This document shows, piece by piece, positions 35,622-44,345 of a stretch of 64,000 nt of DNA. Origin of the DNA: an uncultured Muribaculaceae bacterium (lineage in GTDB: Bacteria; Bacteroidota; Bacteroidia; Bacteroidales; UBA932); NCBI GenBank assembly GCA_964542305.1, contig CAZITX010000006.1, positions 4,172 to 68,171 on the forward strand, written 5' to 3'. The translations under genes and the position numbers were made by a program. A model generated the notes under the pieces. The model was not told the origin of the DNA and searched no databases. It saw only the letters and a program-made list of their open reading frames with translations. The first letter of the stretch is position 1. Each line of letters begins with the position of its first letter.

Positions 35622-35629
35622 CAAAGATA
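35622..35629 (-). promoter_or_regulatory. -7 promoter box (TATCTTTG) for the recQ-ligA-fprA-relA string
   Basis: The plus strand reads CAAAGATA, whose reverse complement matches TAnnTTTG. It lies 13 nt upstream of the recQ ATG. Confidence 0.4.
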
Positions 35630-35702
35630 AATAAAATGAGTATCTTCGCAACTTGGTTAAAAAGATGTTTATTCAATTATATTTACCCTTAATTAATTAA
35701 TT

Positions 35703-37298
35703 ATGAGCAAAATAGATCTATCCAAGTATGGAATTACGAATGTAGGGGAGATTGTGTACAACCCTTCTTATGAAGAATTGTACCAGGCAGAAATGGACAC
35801 TGCCAATGAAGGGTTTGAAAAAGGTGTTCTGACCAATATGGGTGCCGTGAATGTGCTTACCGGACGTTTTACGGGACGTTCCCCAAAAGACAAATTTATT
35901 GTTAAAGATGCAACTACCGAGAATACGATATGGTGGGATGGTGTTGTAAACAAACCCGTTACCACTGAAGTGTGGAATTCACTCAAGACTATAGCACAGG
36001 ATCAGCTTTCCGGAAACAAGAAACTTTATGTTGTGGATGCGTTCTGTGGAACCAATACCGATACACGCCTGAAAGTGCGTTTTATAATGGAAGTGGCCTG
36101 GCAGGCTCATTTTGTAACCAATATGTTTATCCGTCCTTCAGGTTATGAACTGGAAAATTTCGGAGAACCCGATTTTGTGATGATCAATGCTTCCAAGGCA
36201 ACCAATCCCAATTGGAAAGAGCAGGGCATGCATTCAGAGGTGTTTGTGGTATTCAACCTGACCGAGCGTCTTTCCGTAGTGGGCGGCAGCTGGTACGGTG
36301 GTGAAATGAAGAAAGGTATTTTCTCCATGATGAACTATTACCTGCCTTTGAAAGGGATTGCAGCCATGCACTGCTCGGCCAATGTGGGCGAAGAAGGCGA
36401 TGTGGCCATTTTCTTTGGTTTGTCCGGAACGGGAAAAACCACGTTATCTGCAGATCCCAAACGTTATTTGATCGGAGATGATGAACACGGATGGGACGAT
36501 CACGGCATATTCAACTTTGAAGGCGGCTGCTATGCCAAATGTATTGATTTGAGCCAGGAAAAAGAACCCGATATCTGGAGAGCCATCCGCCGGGATGCTT
36601 TGCTGGAAAACGTAAAAGTATTGCCGGACGGAACACCCGATTTCGAGGACGGCTCCATCACGGAAAACACCCGCGTTTCTTATCCCATATACTTTATCAA
36701 TAAGATTGTACTGCCTACGAAAGCCGGGCATGCCAAAAAAGTGATCTACCTTTCCGCCGACGCTTACGGTGTATTGCCTCCGGTTTCAATCCTGGATGAC
36801 AAACAGGCCCAGTACCACTTCCTGTGCGGTTATACTTCCAAACTAGCCGGTACAGAACTGGGGATCACCGAACCCGTACCTTCTTTCTCGGCTGCTTTCG
36901 GAGAGGCCTTCCTGACCGTTCACCCGACTATCTATGCCAAAAACCTGGTAAAGAAAATGAAGGAACACGATGCCAAGGCTTACCTGGTAAACACCGGATG
37001 GAACGGAACGGGCAAACGTATTTCCTTGAAAGAAACACGCGCCATCATTGACGCCATTCTGGATGGAAGCATTGATGAAGCACCCACCAAGCACGTTCCC
37101 ATAATGAATCTGACAATCCCCACACAATTGCCCAATGTTTCGTCAGACATTCTGGATCCCCGTGATACTTACCAGGATGTTAAGGAATGGGAGAAGAAAG
37201 CCGTTTCACTGGCTACCAAATACATCAAGAATTTCGAGAAATACTGCGATACCCAGGCTGCCCGTGACCTGATCCCTTCAGGACCGCAATTGCCGTAA
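35703..37298 (+). CDS. pckA: Phosphoenolpyruvate carboxykinase (ATP)
   Basis: 531 aa. The kinase-1a motif is [13 protein letters not shown], and the resemblance is full-length. Confidence 0.95.
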   Translation: MSKIDLSKYGITNVGEIVYNPSYEELYQAEMDTANEGFEKGVLTNMGAVNVLTGRFTGRSPKDKFIVKDATTENTIWWDGVVNKPVTTEVWNSLKTIAQDQLSGNKKLYVVDAFCGTNTDTRLKVRFIMEVAWQAHFVTNMFIRPSGYELENFGEPDFVMINASKATNPNWKEQGMHSEVFVVFNLTERLSVVGGSWYGGEMKKGIFSMMNYYLPLKGIAAMHCSANVGEEGDVAIFFGLSGTGKTTLSADPKRYLIGDDEHGWDDHGIFNFEGGCYAKCIDLSQEKEPDIWRAIRRDALLENVKVLPDGTPDFEDGSITENTRVSYPIYFINKIVLPTKAGHAKKVIYLSADAYGVLPPVSILDDKQAQYHFLCGYTSKLAGTELGITEPVPSFSAAFGEAFLTVHPTIYAKNLVKKMKEHDAKAYLVNTGWNGTGKRISLKETRAIIDAILDGSIDEAPTKHVPIMNLTIPTQLPNVSSDILDPRDTYQDVKEWEKKAVSLATKYIKNFEKYCDTQAARDLIPSGPQLP

Positions 37299-37320
37299 TA
37301 TTACGTATTATTTAAAATGA

Positions 37321-37362
37321 AGGTGACTAGAAAGTCAATTTGACTGCTAGTCACCTTTTTTA
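37321..37362. terminator. Strong hairpin plus T-run; bidirectional terminator between the convergent pckA and pfp genes
   Basis: AGGTGACTAG (37321-37330) pairs with CTAGTCACCT (37347-37356). An inner AGTCAA/TTGACT pairing extends the stem. A T6 run follows, and an A-rich tract precedes the hairpin. Confidence 0.8.
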
Positions 37363-37375
37363 TTGCCTCTCCGTA

Positions 37376-38617
37376 CTAGAAATTCAGGATCTTATGAAAA
37401 TCAAATTCTTCCGGGTTGGGGACGATAGCTTTGGCGGCTTCGTAATCCGATTCCATAATGTAATCCATGATGTGCTTCATGTAGAACTGGACTTCGTGTG
37501 ATTTCATATTCACCTGGCGGGCAGGAATCTTCCCGGTTACAGGATCCTGCAGGTCCTGCAAAAACAACGGGATGATCTTTCCGTTGCCGTCGCGGCAAAC
37601 CATACAACCGCTTACCCCTTTGATAAAGAGTTCGTAAACGCCCATTCCCAGCATGGAGCAATACTCCAGGTCAAAGGATTTTGGGGTGATGCAACGTACT
37701 TCATAACCAACTTCAACAGGACGGGTTTTTACCTTAATGCCCAGTTCTGTCATTTTTTTCTCTACCAGGTTGTCTATGATATGTGATTTTGAGATCTTGC
37801 CCAGTTCCGGATGTCCGTGTGCATCATAGGAAAAAGCAATACCGGCATCCTTGACGTCTTTTTCCGAAAGGGACTGGAAGACGCCTTCAGAGATCATGAT
37901 GCAGCCGTAAGGTATGTTGCGGATCTGGCGTTTGATCACTGATGATACGATCAGGTTCACGATCTTGTCTATGGTCATCTGGGTCTTGTAGAACATTTCC
38001 GATATGATGATCATTGGGAAATGGCAGGAAGATCCGATCCCGAAAGCCAGGTGACCGGCCGAGCGTCCCATTGCCGTTACTATGAACCAGTTTTCGCTGG
38101 TACGGGCGTCTTCATAAACGGTACGTCCCAGGTCAGTGCCTTGTGCCTTAGCACTCTGGTAGCCGAAAGTGGGAATACCTTCAGGCAGGGGCAAATCGTT
38201 ATCTATGGTTTTGGGTACGTGGATGTTGGCAATGTTGTATTCCTTCTGTACCAGGAACTTGGATATGCGGTTAGCTGTAGAGGCCGTATCGTCACCGCCC
38301 ACCGTAACCAGGAGTTTTACGTTGTTTTCCTTGAAAAAATCCAGGTTGAAACGTTCTTCAAAATCTTTGTCTGTAGGTTTAAAACGGCTCATACGCAGGT
38401 ACGATCCGCCCCGGTTGAAGAGCATATCGGCTTTGTCAAAATCCATATCCTCCTGACGGCATTTCTCTTTACAGAACAATCCGGTATATCCGCCATGCAG
38501 TCCAATTACGCGGTATCCCTTGGTAATGAAAGTTTTTGTGATTGTGCATACTACCGTGTTGATCCCGGGAGCCGGGCCGCCACCGCATAGTATGGCTATT
38601 GAAGGTTGTTTTTCCAT
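37376..38617 (-). CDS. pfp: Phosphofructokinase-family enzyme, probably PPi-dependent (diphosphate-fructose-6-phosphate 1-phosphotransferase)
   Basis: 413 aa. The N-terminus reads CGGGPAPGIN. The motif VGGDDTAST has Asp where ATP-dependent PFKs have GGDGS. Confidence 0.8.
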   Translation of the reverse strand: MEKQPSIAILCGGGPAPGINTVVCTITKTFITKGYRVIGLHGGYTGLFCKEKCRQEDMDFDKADMLFNRGGSYLRMSRFKPTDKDFEERFNLDFFKENNVKLLVTVGGDDTASTANRISKFLVQKEYNIANIHVPKTIDNDLPLPEGIPTFGYQSAKAQGTDLGRTVYEDARTSENWFIVTAMGRSAGHLAFGIGSSCHFPMIIISEMFYKTQMTIDKIVNLIVSSVIKRQIRNIPYGCIMISEGVFQSLSEKDVKDAGIAFSYDAHGHPELGKISKSHIIDNLVEKKMTELGIKVKTRPVEVGYEVRCITPKSFDLEYCSMLGMGVYELFIKGVSGCMVCRDGNGKIIPLFLQDLQDPVTGKIPARQVNMKSHEVQFYMKHIMDYIMESDYEAAKAIVPNPEEFDFHKILNF

Positions 38618-38662
38618 ATCTGATGTTTTTAAGAAGCGACAAATTTAGGGAAAAAGCTTTGT

Positions 38663-39307
38663 TTACGGAAATGATACGGCATTAAGTTGCTTCAACCGGC
38701 TCCAGATTTTTTGCACGGGGAATCCCATCACGTTGAAATAACTGCCCTCAATACGGTCAATACCTATGTATCCAATCCATTCCTGCACCCCGTAGGATCC
38801 GGCTTTGTCGTATGGTTTATACCTTTTTATATAATAGTCTGTCTCCCGTTCATCCAATTGAGAAAACCAAACGAGTGTCTGATCCTCAAAACCCCCGGAG
38901 ATTGCAGTATCTTCTCCTGAACGCAGGTAAACGCCGGTAATAACCTTGTGGCAACGTCCGGAAAGATGTTGCAACATACGGCGTGCGTCTTTTGCCGAGT
39001 TGGGTTTTCCCAGCACCGACCAGGTTCCGTGCTCCTTATCACTTGCAGGGGTGGCAGACTGTATGCCTGTAAAGACAAGCGTATCTGCTGTAATCAGCAA
39101 TTCATCCCTTTTGAGAATTCGCGGAAAAGCCAGGGATTTGGACCGGGCCAGCCATAAAGGAATATCGCAGGGTTCCAGGTCTGCGGGGAAATGATCTTCA
39201 TCCACTCCGTGAACCGGCTGAACGGTGAAAGGCAAATCCAAGCCCTCCAGAAGGTGTTTTCTGCGGGGAGAAGCCGACCCCAATATTATCTTGTAGTTTG
39301 AGTGCAT
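38663..39307 (-). CDS. maf: Maf-family nucleoside triphosphate pyrophosphatase
   Basis: 214 aa. The N-terminal signature is IILGSASPRRKHLL, followed by KAGSYGVQE. Confidence 0.88.
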   Translation of the reverse strand: MHSNYKIILGSASPRRKHLLEGLDLPFTVQPVHGVDEDHFPADLEPCDIPLWLARSKSLAFPRILKRDELLITADTLVFTGIQSATPASDKEHGTWSVLGKPNSAKDARRMLQHLSGRCHKVITGVYLRSGEDTAISGGFEDQTLVWFSQLDERETDYYIKRYKPYDKAGSYGVQEWIGYIGIDRIEGSYFNVMGFPVQKIWSRLKQLNAVSFP

Positions 39308-39310
39308 AGG

Positions 39311-39859
39311 TTATTCCGAAGGAGCTTCCAGCATATCTTCCGGGACTTCTTCCTTTTCCTTGTACCATTTGCTGTGAAGCCTGAGCGTCTGTTCCACCAG
39401 GTCCCTTACACAACCCCTTCCTCCCGGGAAAGGAGATATATAGCGGGATATGTGACGTACCTCAGGGGCGGCGTCGGCAGGGCAGAAAGGAAGTCCGCAT
39501 GCTTTCATGGGAGGAATATCGGGGATGTCATCCCCGGCATACGCCACCTCGGAAGGATCCAGATCGTATTTTTTGCAAAAATCCAGAAACGGGGGGATCT
39601 TGTCACGGGCTCCGGAATAAATGTCTTTGACTCCAATGTTCCGGTAACGTTTTTCTACCGAAGGAGAGACTCCTCCGGTGATTATGGCCACGGGATACCC
39701 GTGTTCCACGGCAATCCTGATGGCATAGGCATCACGTGCATAATGGGTTCTGAAAAGATCACCGTCCGGCATAGACATTACACCTCCGTCTGTAAGTACT
39801 CCGTCAACGTCAAAAGCAAATGCTTTGATCTTATGGAGCTGGCTTTTGTAATTACTCAT
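39311..39859 (-). CDS. kdsC: KDO 8-phosphate phosphatase (HAD-IIIA)
   Basis: 182 aa. HAD motif I is FDVDGVLTDG, followed by ITGG and YAGDDIPD. Confidence 0.85.
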   Translation of the reverse strand: MSNYKSQLHKIKAFAFDVDGVLTDGGVMSMPDGDLFRTHYARDAYAIRIAVEHGYPVAIITGGVSPSVEKRYRNIGVKDIYSGARDKIPPFLDFCKKYDLDPSEVAYAGDDIPDIPPMKACGLPFCPADAAPEVRHISRYISPFPGGRGCVRDLVEQTLRLHSKWYKEKEEVPEDMLEAPSE

Positions 39860-39866
39860 AATGTTG

Positions 39867-39874
39867 CAAAGTTA
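39867..39874 (-). promoter_or_regulatory. -7 promoter box (TAACTTTG) for kdsC-maf
   Basis: The plus strand reads CAAAGTTA. It lies 7 nt upstream of the kdsC ATG. Confidence 0.35.
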
Positions 39875-39875
39875 T

Positions 39876-39883
39876 TATATTTG
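39876..39883 (+). promoter_or_regulatory. -7 promoter box (TATATTTG) for the large lipoprotein gene
   Basis: Matches TAnnTTTG and lies 20 nt upstream of the ATG at 39904. Confidence 0.4.
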
Positions 39884-39903
39884 CATCACAAACATACTGG
39901 TAT

Positions 39904-42720
39904 ATGCGTAATTTTCGTTTCCCGGGTTTTGCCTTGTTGTTATTGGCTGCTTCTTTTTTTATTTCCTGCGATAATACAGGAACCACAACCACGTTTGCCG
40001 GAAGGGTAACTGATGCAAAGACGGGAAATCCCATCAAAGGTGTGTCGGTAACCGTTATGCCATTCAGCCTGGGAGAAGAAACGGATGATGATGGTACGTA
40101 TACCATAGAATTGCCCCGGACCACTGAAAACGTATACCTGGTATTCAGTATCCCCGGGTATGACAGCTGGCAAACGGAATCCATGCCACTTTCTCCCAAA
40201 AGAAAAAACCTCTATACCATAGATGTATCCTTGGAACCCCGCATAGCAATAGCCGTACTTTCTTCAAATACAGTTGATTTTGAGGCCGGTGCCGTATCTG
40301 TGGAACGTATCCTTACCAATTCGGGCAGTGACACGCTGCGCTGGAATTTTTTGGACCTTTATTTTCCGGAATGGCTGACTGTGGATCCGCTTGACGGGGT
40401 TTTGCTAATGGATGGATCCCAAACGATAACTTTTCATTGTGATAGGACCGGTTTGCCGATTGGGGACCAAAGTGCTGAAATTCAATTGGTAGGGGGGCAA
40501 ACTCCACTGACCGTGGAAGTGCTGCTGCTGGTAGAAGGAGCCGTCTTGTCCGTCAAGGACACGGAATTTGATTTTGGGGAAGAAGAAACACAGATGCAGA
40601 CAACCCTTTCAAACCCGGGTAACATTCCCCTGGAATGGCATTTGGAAGAATCATTGCCTGCCTGGCTCTCCTGGGATCCGGGTGTGAGCGGGAGCGTTCC
40701 GGCAGGGGAAGACAGACTGATAACCGTAATTGCTGACCGTTCCGCAATGGATTACGGGAACTATAGTTTCAGCACCAGACTCTTATCAAACGGTGGGGAT
40801 ACTTCATATGTCTTTTCCATAGCAAAAACACAGGACCTGATACAGGTTGCACCTCAATCAATCGATTTCGGGACACAGGACACGGAACGGTCTTTTACCG
40901 TTTCCAGGCTTTCGGGAATTTACGACGTTCCATTTACCGTTACTTGCGAAGATCCGCTTTTAGGTTTGTCTGCGGCAGAAGGAAGCATAACGCGAGAGGT
41001 CAATGAGGCAGAAATTCTTATTACTCTGGACCGGGAAAACATCCCGGCAGGGAAATCCGAAAGCGTAATTTTGGTCAATGCTCCGGACCAACAATTTACC
41101 GTACTGGTCACGTATTCAACGGCGGCCGTACAGCCCCAGGTAAGCACAGACGGATTTGGACTGGATAAGGAATACCGGGTGCATTTCAAAGGGACACTGG
41201 TAAGCAACGGGGGAGGATCCGTCCTTCAGCACGGACATTGCTGGGGAACGAATCCCAATCCGGACACTGACAACGGATACTACTCACAACTTGGATCTGC
41301 CGGGGAAGGGCAAACGTTTGTTTCTTACCCGGAAACGATGCCTCAGGCAGGAACTACCTGGTATTACAGGGCTTATGCCACAAATGAGATGGGAACTTCT
41401 TACGGGGAAACGCAAACGTTGCAATACAATCCTCCTGTATTAACAAATCCTGTAATTGTTTACAATGCATTCTCCAATTCACTTGTTTATAGGGTAACGG
41501 CAACTTCACAAACACCGCTTAACGAGCGTGGATTTGTGTGGAATACTACCGGTCAGGTTCCCGTTTTGGGTCAGGACAGTGAGACACGGCTTAGTCCGGA
41601 GGCTCCTGCATTTTTTTATACATTGAATGCACCGCAAAAAGGTACCCGGTATACCATGCGTGCTTTTGCCGTAAATGAATCCGGTTTAACTTATTCAGAT
41701 ACCACTTCCTATTATCTGGATATTGAATTGCCACAAATAGTGACATTAAAAGCGGGCGAAACCGTAAATGCAGATTTATATAGTGCTTCAATAATAGGAA
41801 GTATAGCGAAATTGGGATCGGAACCGGTGCTTGCATACGGACATTGTTGGAGTACAGCGGAGAATCCGACTGTGGAAGACGATAACACCCAATTTACGCA
41901 AACGGAAAATCCGGGTGATTTTGTTTCAAATATCACCGGATTAATGCTTAATACAACGTATTACGTGCGAGCCTATATACAAACAAGCCGCGATATATAT
42001 TACGGGGAACAGGTAGACTTCAGTACATTAAATGATGAGGGAATTGTAGTGTCAGAGGGTATGAAAATGTACATTACCACCAATGCCGTCCCAAAAGCCT
42101 ACGAATGGACGGGACGTGTTCCAGGTCTTACTGTATCCAACGGAATTACCTACAATACCGGTAATAAACCCAAAGGTACTATTGCCGCCATATCTTTCAA
42201 CGGCAGCAGCGGCTATTTGCTGAGCCGTTATTACAACCCGTTATCAGGAGCCGACCGTGGCACGTTTAATTTTTGGATGCGTTTCCGCAACAAAATGAAC
42301 AAGTCCCTGGTATATCCCTTCTTCGGTTCCGTTTCCGAAGGCGGATTTTACGTAGAAATCCGTCACAATGGCACAGACTGGGTACTGACCTTATGCCTGG
42401 GTCCGGACAAAGAGACGTATGTCATTCCCTTGCCTTCCTATGCGGGAATGGATATTACTGATTTTTTGGGAGTAAGCTGGCATATGATGTCTATAGTTTC
42501 AAACGGTACTTCCATGACCGTATACCTGGACGGTATGAACCTCTATACGGAACCTATGGAAATGTCTTTTGGTGTACAGGATGATTTTGTGATAGGGGCC
42601 AATGCCCTGAACGGAACAACACTGAATACGTTCCTGCCGGCCGATATGGCCTGTCTGCGTTTTTACGATCGTGTGCTTACCGATTCGGAGATAGCACAGA
42701 TCTTCAATGCCGGTCAATGA
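39904..42720 (+). CDS. Large surface lipoprotein: CarboxypepD_reg-like domain, BACON-like repeats, three HGxCW...YxRAY repeats, C-terminal LamG/concanavalin-like domain
   Basis: 938 aa. The lipobox is FFISC. The N-terminal domain reads FAGRVTDAKTGNPIKGVSVTV...DDDGTYTIE. Repeated segments include LEWHL..LPAWLSWDP..G. The C-terminus is LamG-like (NFWMRF...LRFYDRVLTDSEIAQIF). Confidence 0.6.
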   Translation: MRNFRFPGFALLLLAASFFISCDNTGTTTTFAGRVTDAKTGNPIKGVSVTVMPFSLGEETDDDGTYTIELPRTTENVYLVFSIPGYDSWQTESMPLSPKRKNLYTIDVSLEPRIAIAVLSSNTVDFEAGAVSVERILTNSGSDTLRWNFLDLYFPEWLTVDPLDGVLLMDGSQTITFHCDRTGLPIGDQSAEIQLVGGQTPLTVEVLLLVEGAVLSVKDTEFDFGEEETQMQTTLSNPGNIPLEWHLEESLPAWLSWDPGVSGSVPAGEDRLITVIADRSAMDYGNYSFSTRLLSNGGDTSYVFSIAKTQDLIQVAPQSIDFGTQDTERSFTVSRLSGIYDVPFTVTCEDPLLGLSAAEGSITREVNEAEILITLDRENIPAGKSESVILVNAPDQQFTVLVTYSTAAVQPQVSTDGFGLDKEYRVHFKGTLVSNGGGSVLQHGHCWGTNPNPDTDNGYYSQLGSAGEGQTFVSYPETMPQAGTTWYYRAYATNEMGTSYGETQTLQYNPPVLTNPVIVYNAFSNSLVYRVTATSQTPLNERGFVWNTTGQVPVLGQDSETRLSPEAPAFFYTLNAPQKGTRYTMRAFAVNESGLTYSDTTSYYLDIELPQIVTLKAGETVNADLYSASIIGSIAKLGSEPVLAYGHCWSTAENPTVEDDNTQFTQTENPGDFVSNITGLMLNTTYYVRAYIQTSRDIYYGEQVDFSTLNDEGIVVSEGMKMYITTNAVPKAYEWTGRVPGLTVSNGITYNTGNKPKGTIAAISFNGSSGYLLSRYYNPLSGADRGTFNFWMRFRNKMNKSLVYPFFGSVSEGGFYVEIRHNGTDWVLTLCLGPDKETYVIPLPSYAGMDITDFLGVSWHMMSIVSNGTSMTVYLDGMNLYTEPMEMSFGVQDDFVIGANALNGTTLNTFLPADMACLRFYDRVLTDSEIAQIFNAGQ

Positions 42721-42721
42721 C

Positions 42722-43987
42722 CTAACGCCTGTAGATCATGTATTGATTCCAGTCACTGAATACCTTTAGGTGTTTTCCCTTAACCAGCAATACATGATTT
42801 CCCATACCGTTTAAATGAAAATCAGCCAATGGTTGCTCCAATTGGAGTTTCATCTGTGTACGGCATTTGTAATCTGTGTGTTCCGATTCAACGGTAACTC
42901 CTTGCGAAACAAAAAAACGTTCCAGCCTTTTCCCGATCCATTTAACGATGGTATAGGGTTCCCCCGGAGTGAAATATCCTTCAACACCCACACTCACACC
43001 GGACTCAAAATGGGAATTGAAAGCATAGTCTTGTGGCATGGAAAACGGGACACTGCAATGGGCAATATCTATGGTGTTTTGTTCCCGGTCAAAATCTATG
43101 GGATTGGCCATAAAAACGGGTTCTCCTGTCAATTCTCCGGCAAAGATCATGGACAACAGGGAAGGTAAGTCTCCCTCACAGGCCGCCGGAATACCCTCCT
43201 GGTTGAATAGTGCAAGTGCAGTACAAGCCGTTACATTACATTCATTTAGAAGATTAAAACACTTGATTGTTAATGCGTTGCATGAATGATACACCAGAAG
43301 ATCATCCAATGATTGGTACATTCTTACTGAATCGTATACGTCCTCCTTGGTGCAATGGGTCATACCGGAAGCGTTTTTCAGGATTTTCTGGTAAATGGTA
43401 ACGTTGTCCCGGCTGAGTTTGGTGTGCTGTTTGTAACTATCCACAAGAGATGCAATATCAATACTTTGAAAATGCATACCGAACATACGGGTCAGGGCTT
43501 CTGAATCCACATGGTTTGATAAGAGCCACGGAGATGGACCCCCAATAAGTGCTATGTGTATTTTCTTTAGCTTACGCACCGTATGTTGCATGCGGTAAAA
43601 CACCTCCATCATTTCCGGTTGAATCTCATTTTCGGAAAAGATCATAGGCACATTCAACTTACCCTCTGAAAAGTAAGTAGCCAACTCCAGGGCGGCAGGC
43701 AGTGAATTGTGCATATGGTCGTACAGGAAAATCAGTGGCAGTGGCAGGGAATAGGAATAACTCTGAAATATTTCCTCGCATCCGCCGGACGCAATAAAAG
43801 GGAGGTAAATTTTATCGGGATCGGCAAAGTGATCCGCAGAAATTTTATTGTAAGGAATTACCGATAGCTTGAAACGTTCCTCGAGCGATTCAAGCAAAGA
43901 CCTTCTTGATTCAGCCAAAACACGGAATTCCTGTAATGGAGAATAGAAGAAAATCAGTTCCAGTTTAAGCTTCCGGGGTTCCATCAC
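42722..43987 (-). CDS. L-fucose/L-arabinose isomerase-family-like protein, uncharacterised
   Basis: 421 aa. The segment ACEGDLPSLLSMIFAGELTGEPVFMANPIDFD...IDIAHCS resembles the catalytic-domain signature of FucI/AraA-like isomerases. Confidence 0.5.
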   Translation of the reverse strand: MMEPRKLKLELIFFYSPLQEFRVLAESRRSLLESLEERFKLSVIPYNKISADHFADPDKIYLPFIASGGCEEIFQSYSYSLPLPLIFLYDHMHNSLPAALELATYFSEGKLNVPMIFSENEIQPEMMEVFYRMQHTVRKLKKIHIALIGGPSPWLLSNHVDSEALTRMFGMHFQSIDIASLVDSYKQHTKLSRDNVTIYQKILKNASGMTHCTKEDVYDSVRMYQSLDDLLVYHSCNALTIKCFNLLNECNVTACTALALFNQEGIPAACEGDLPSLLSMIFAGELTGEPVFMANPIDFDREQNTIDIAHCSVPFSMPQDYAFNSHFESGVSVGVEGYFTPGEPYTIVKWIGKRLERFFVSQGVTVESEHTDYKCRTQMKLQLEQPLADFHLNGMGNHVLLVKGKHLKVFSDWNQYMIYRR

Positions 43988-44279
43988 CGAAATGTAAAGG
44001 AATGTTGGGCATTCCCGATCCGGAAAGATTGATTTTACCGAAATGCTCTTCGTATTTTCTGAGGTTATCCTGTAGTGCGTTGAAGAATCTTTTGGCGTGT
44101 TCAGGAGTCATAACAATCCTGTTCTGGACCTTTGCCTTGGCAATGCCGGGCATCATTCGAATGAAATCGAATACGAATTCACTGCTGGAATGCGTGATGA
44201 TTGCCAGGTTTGAATAGCATCCCTGGGCAACGTCTTCAGGCAATTCAATATTGATTTCTTTCTTTGGTTTTTGTTCCAT
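43965..44279 (-). CDS. DUF3467-domain protein
   Basis: Start trimmed to [39 protein letters not shown]... (ATG at 44279), giving ~104 aa. It overlaps the downstream gene by 23 nt. Confidence 0.7.
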   Translation of the reverse strand: MEQKPKKEINIELPEDVAQGCYSNLAIITHSSSEFVFDFIRMMPGIAKAKVQNRIVMTPEHAKRFFNALQDNLRKYEEHFGKINLSGSGMPNIPLHFGDGTPEA

Positions 44280-44298
44280 AGCCTTATCTTTTATAATG

Positions 44299-44306
44299 CA
44301 AAAGTA
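44299..44306 (-). promoter_or_regulatory. -7 promoter box (TACTTTTG) for the DUF3467 / isomerase-like pair
   Basis: The plus strand reads CAAAAGTA. It lies 19 nt upstream of the ATG at 44279. Confidence 0.4.
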
Positions 44307-44316
44307 GTATTTTTTA

Positions 44317-44324
44317 TATATTTG
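44317..44324 (+). promoter_or_regulatory. -7 promoter box (TATATTTG) for valS
   Basis: Matches TAnnTTTG and lies 21 nt upstream of the ATG at 44346. Confidence 0.45.
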
Positions 44325-44345
44325 CGTCTTATTCCCCAAAAGTAT

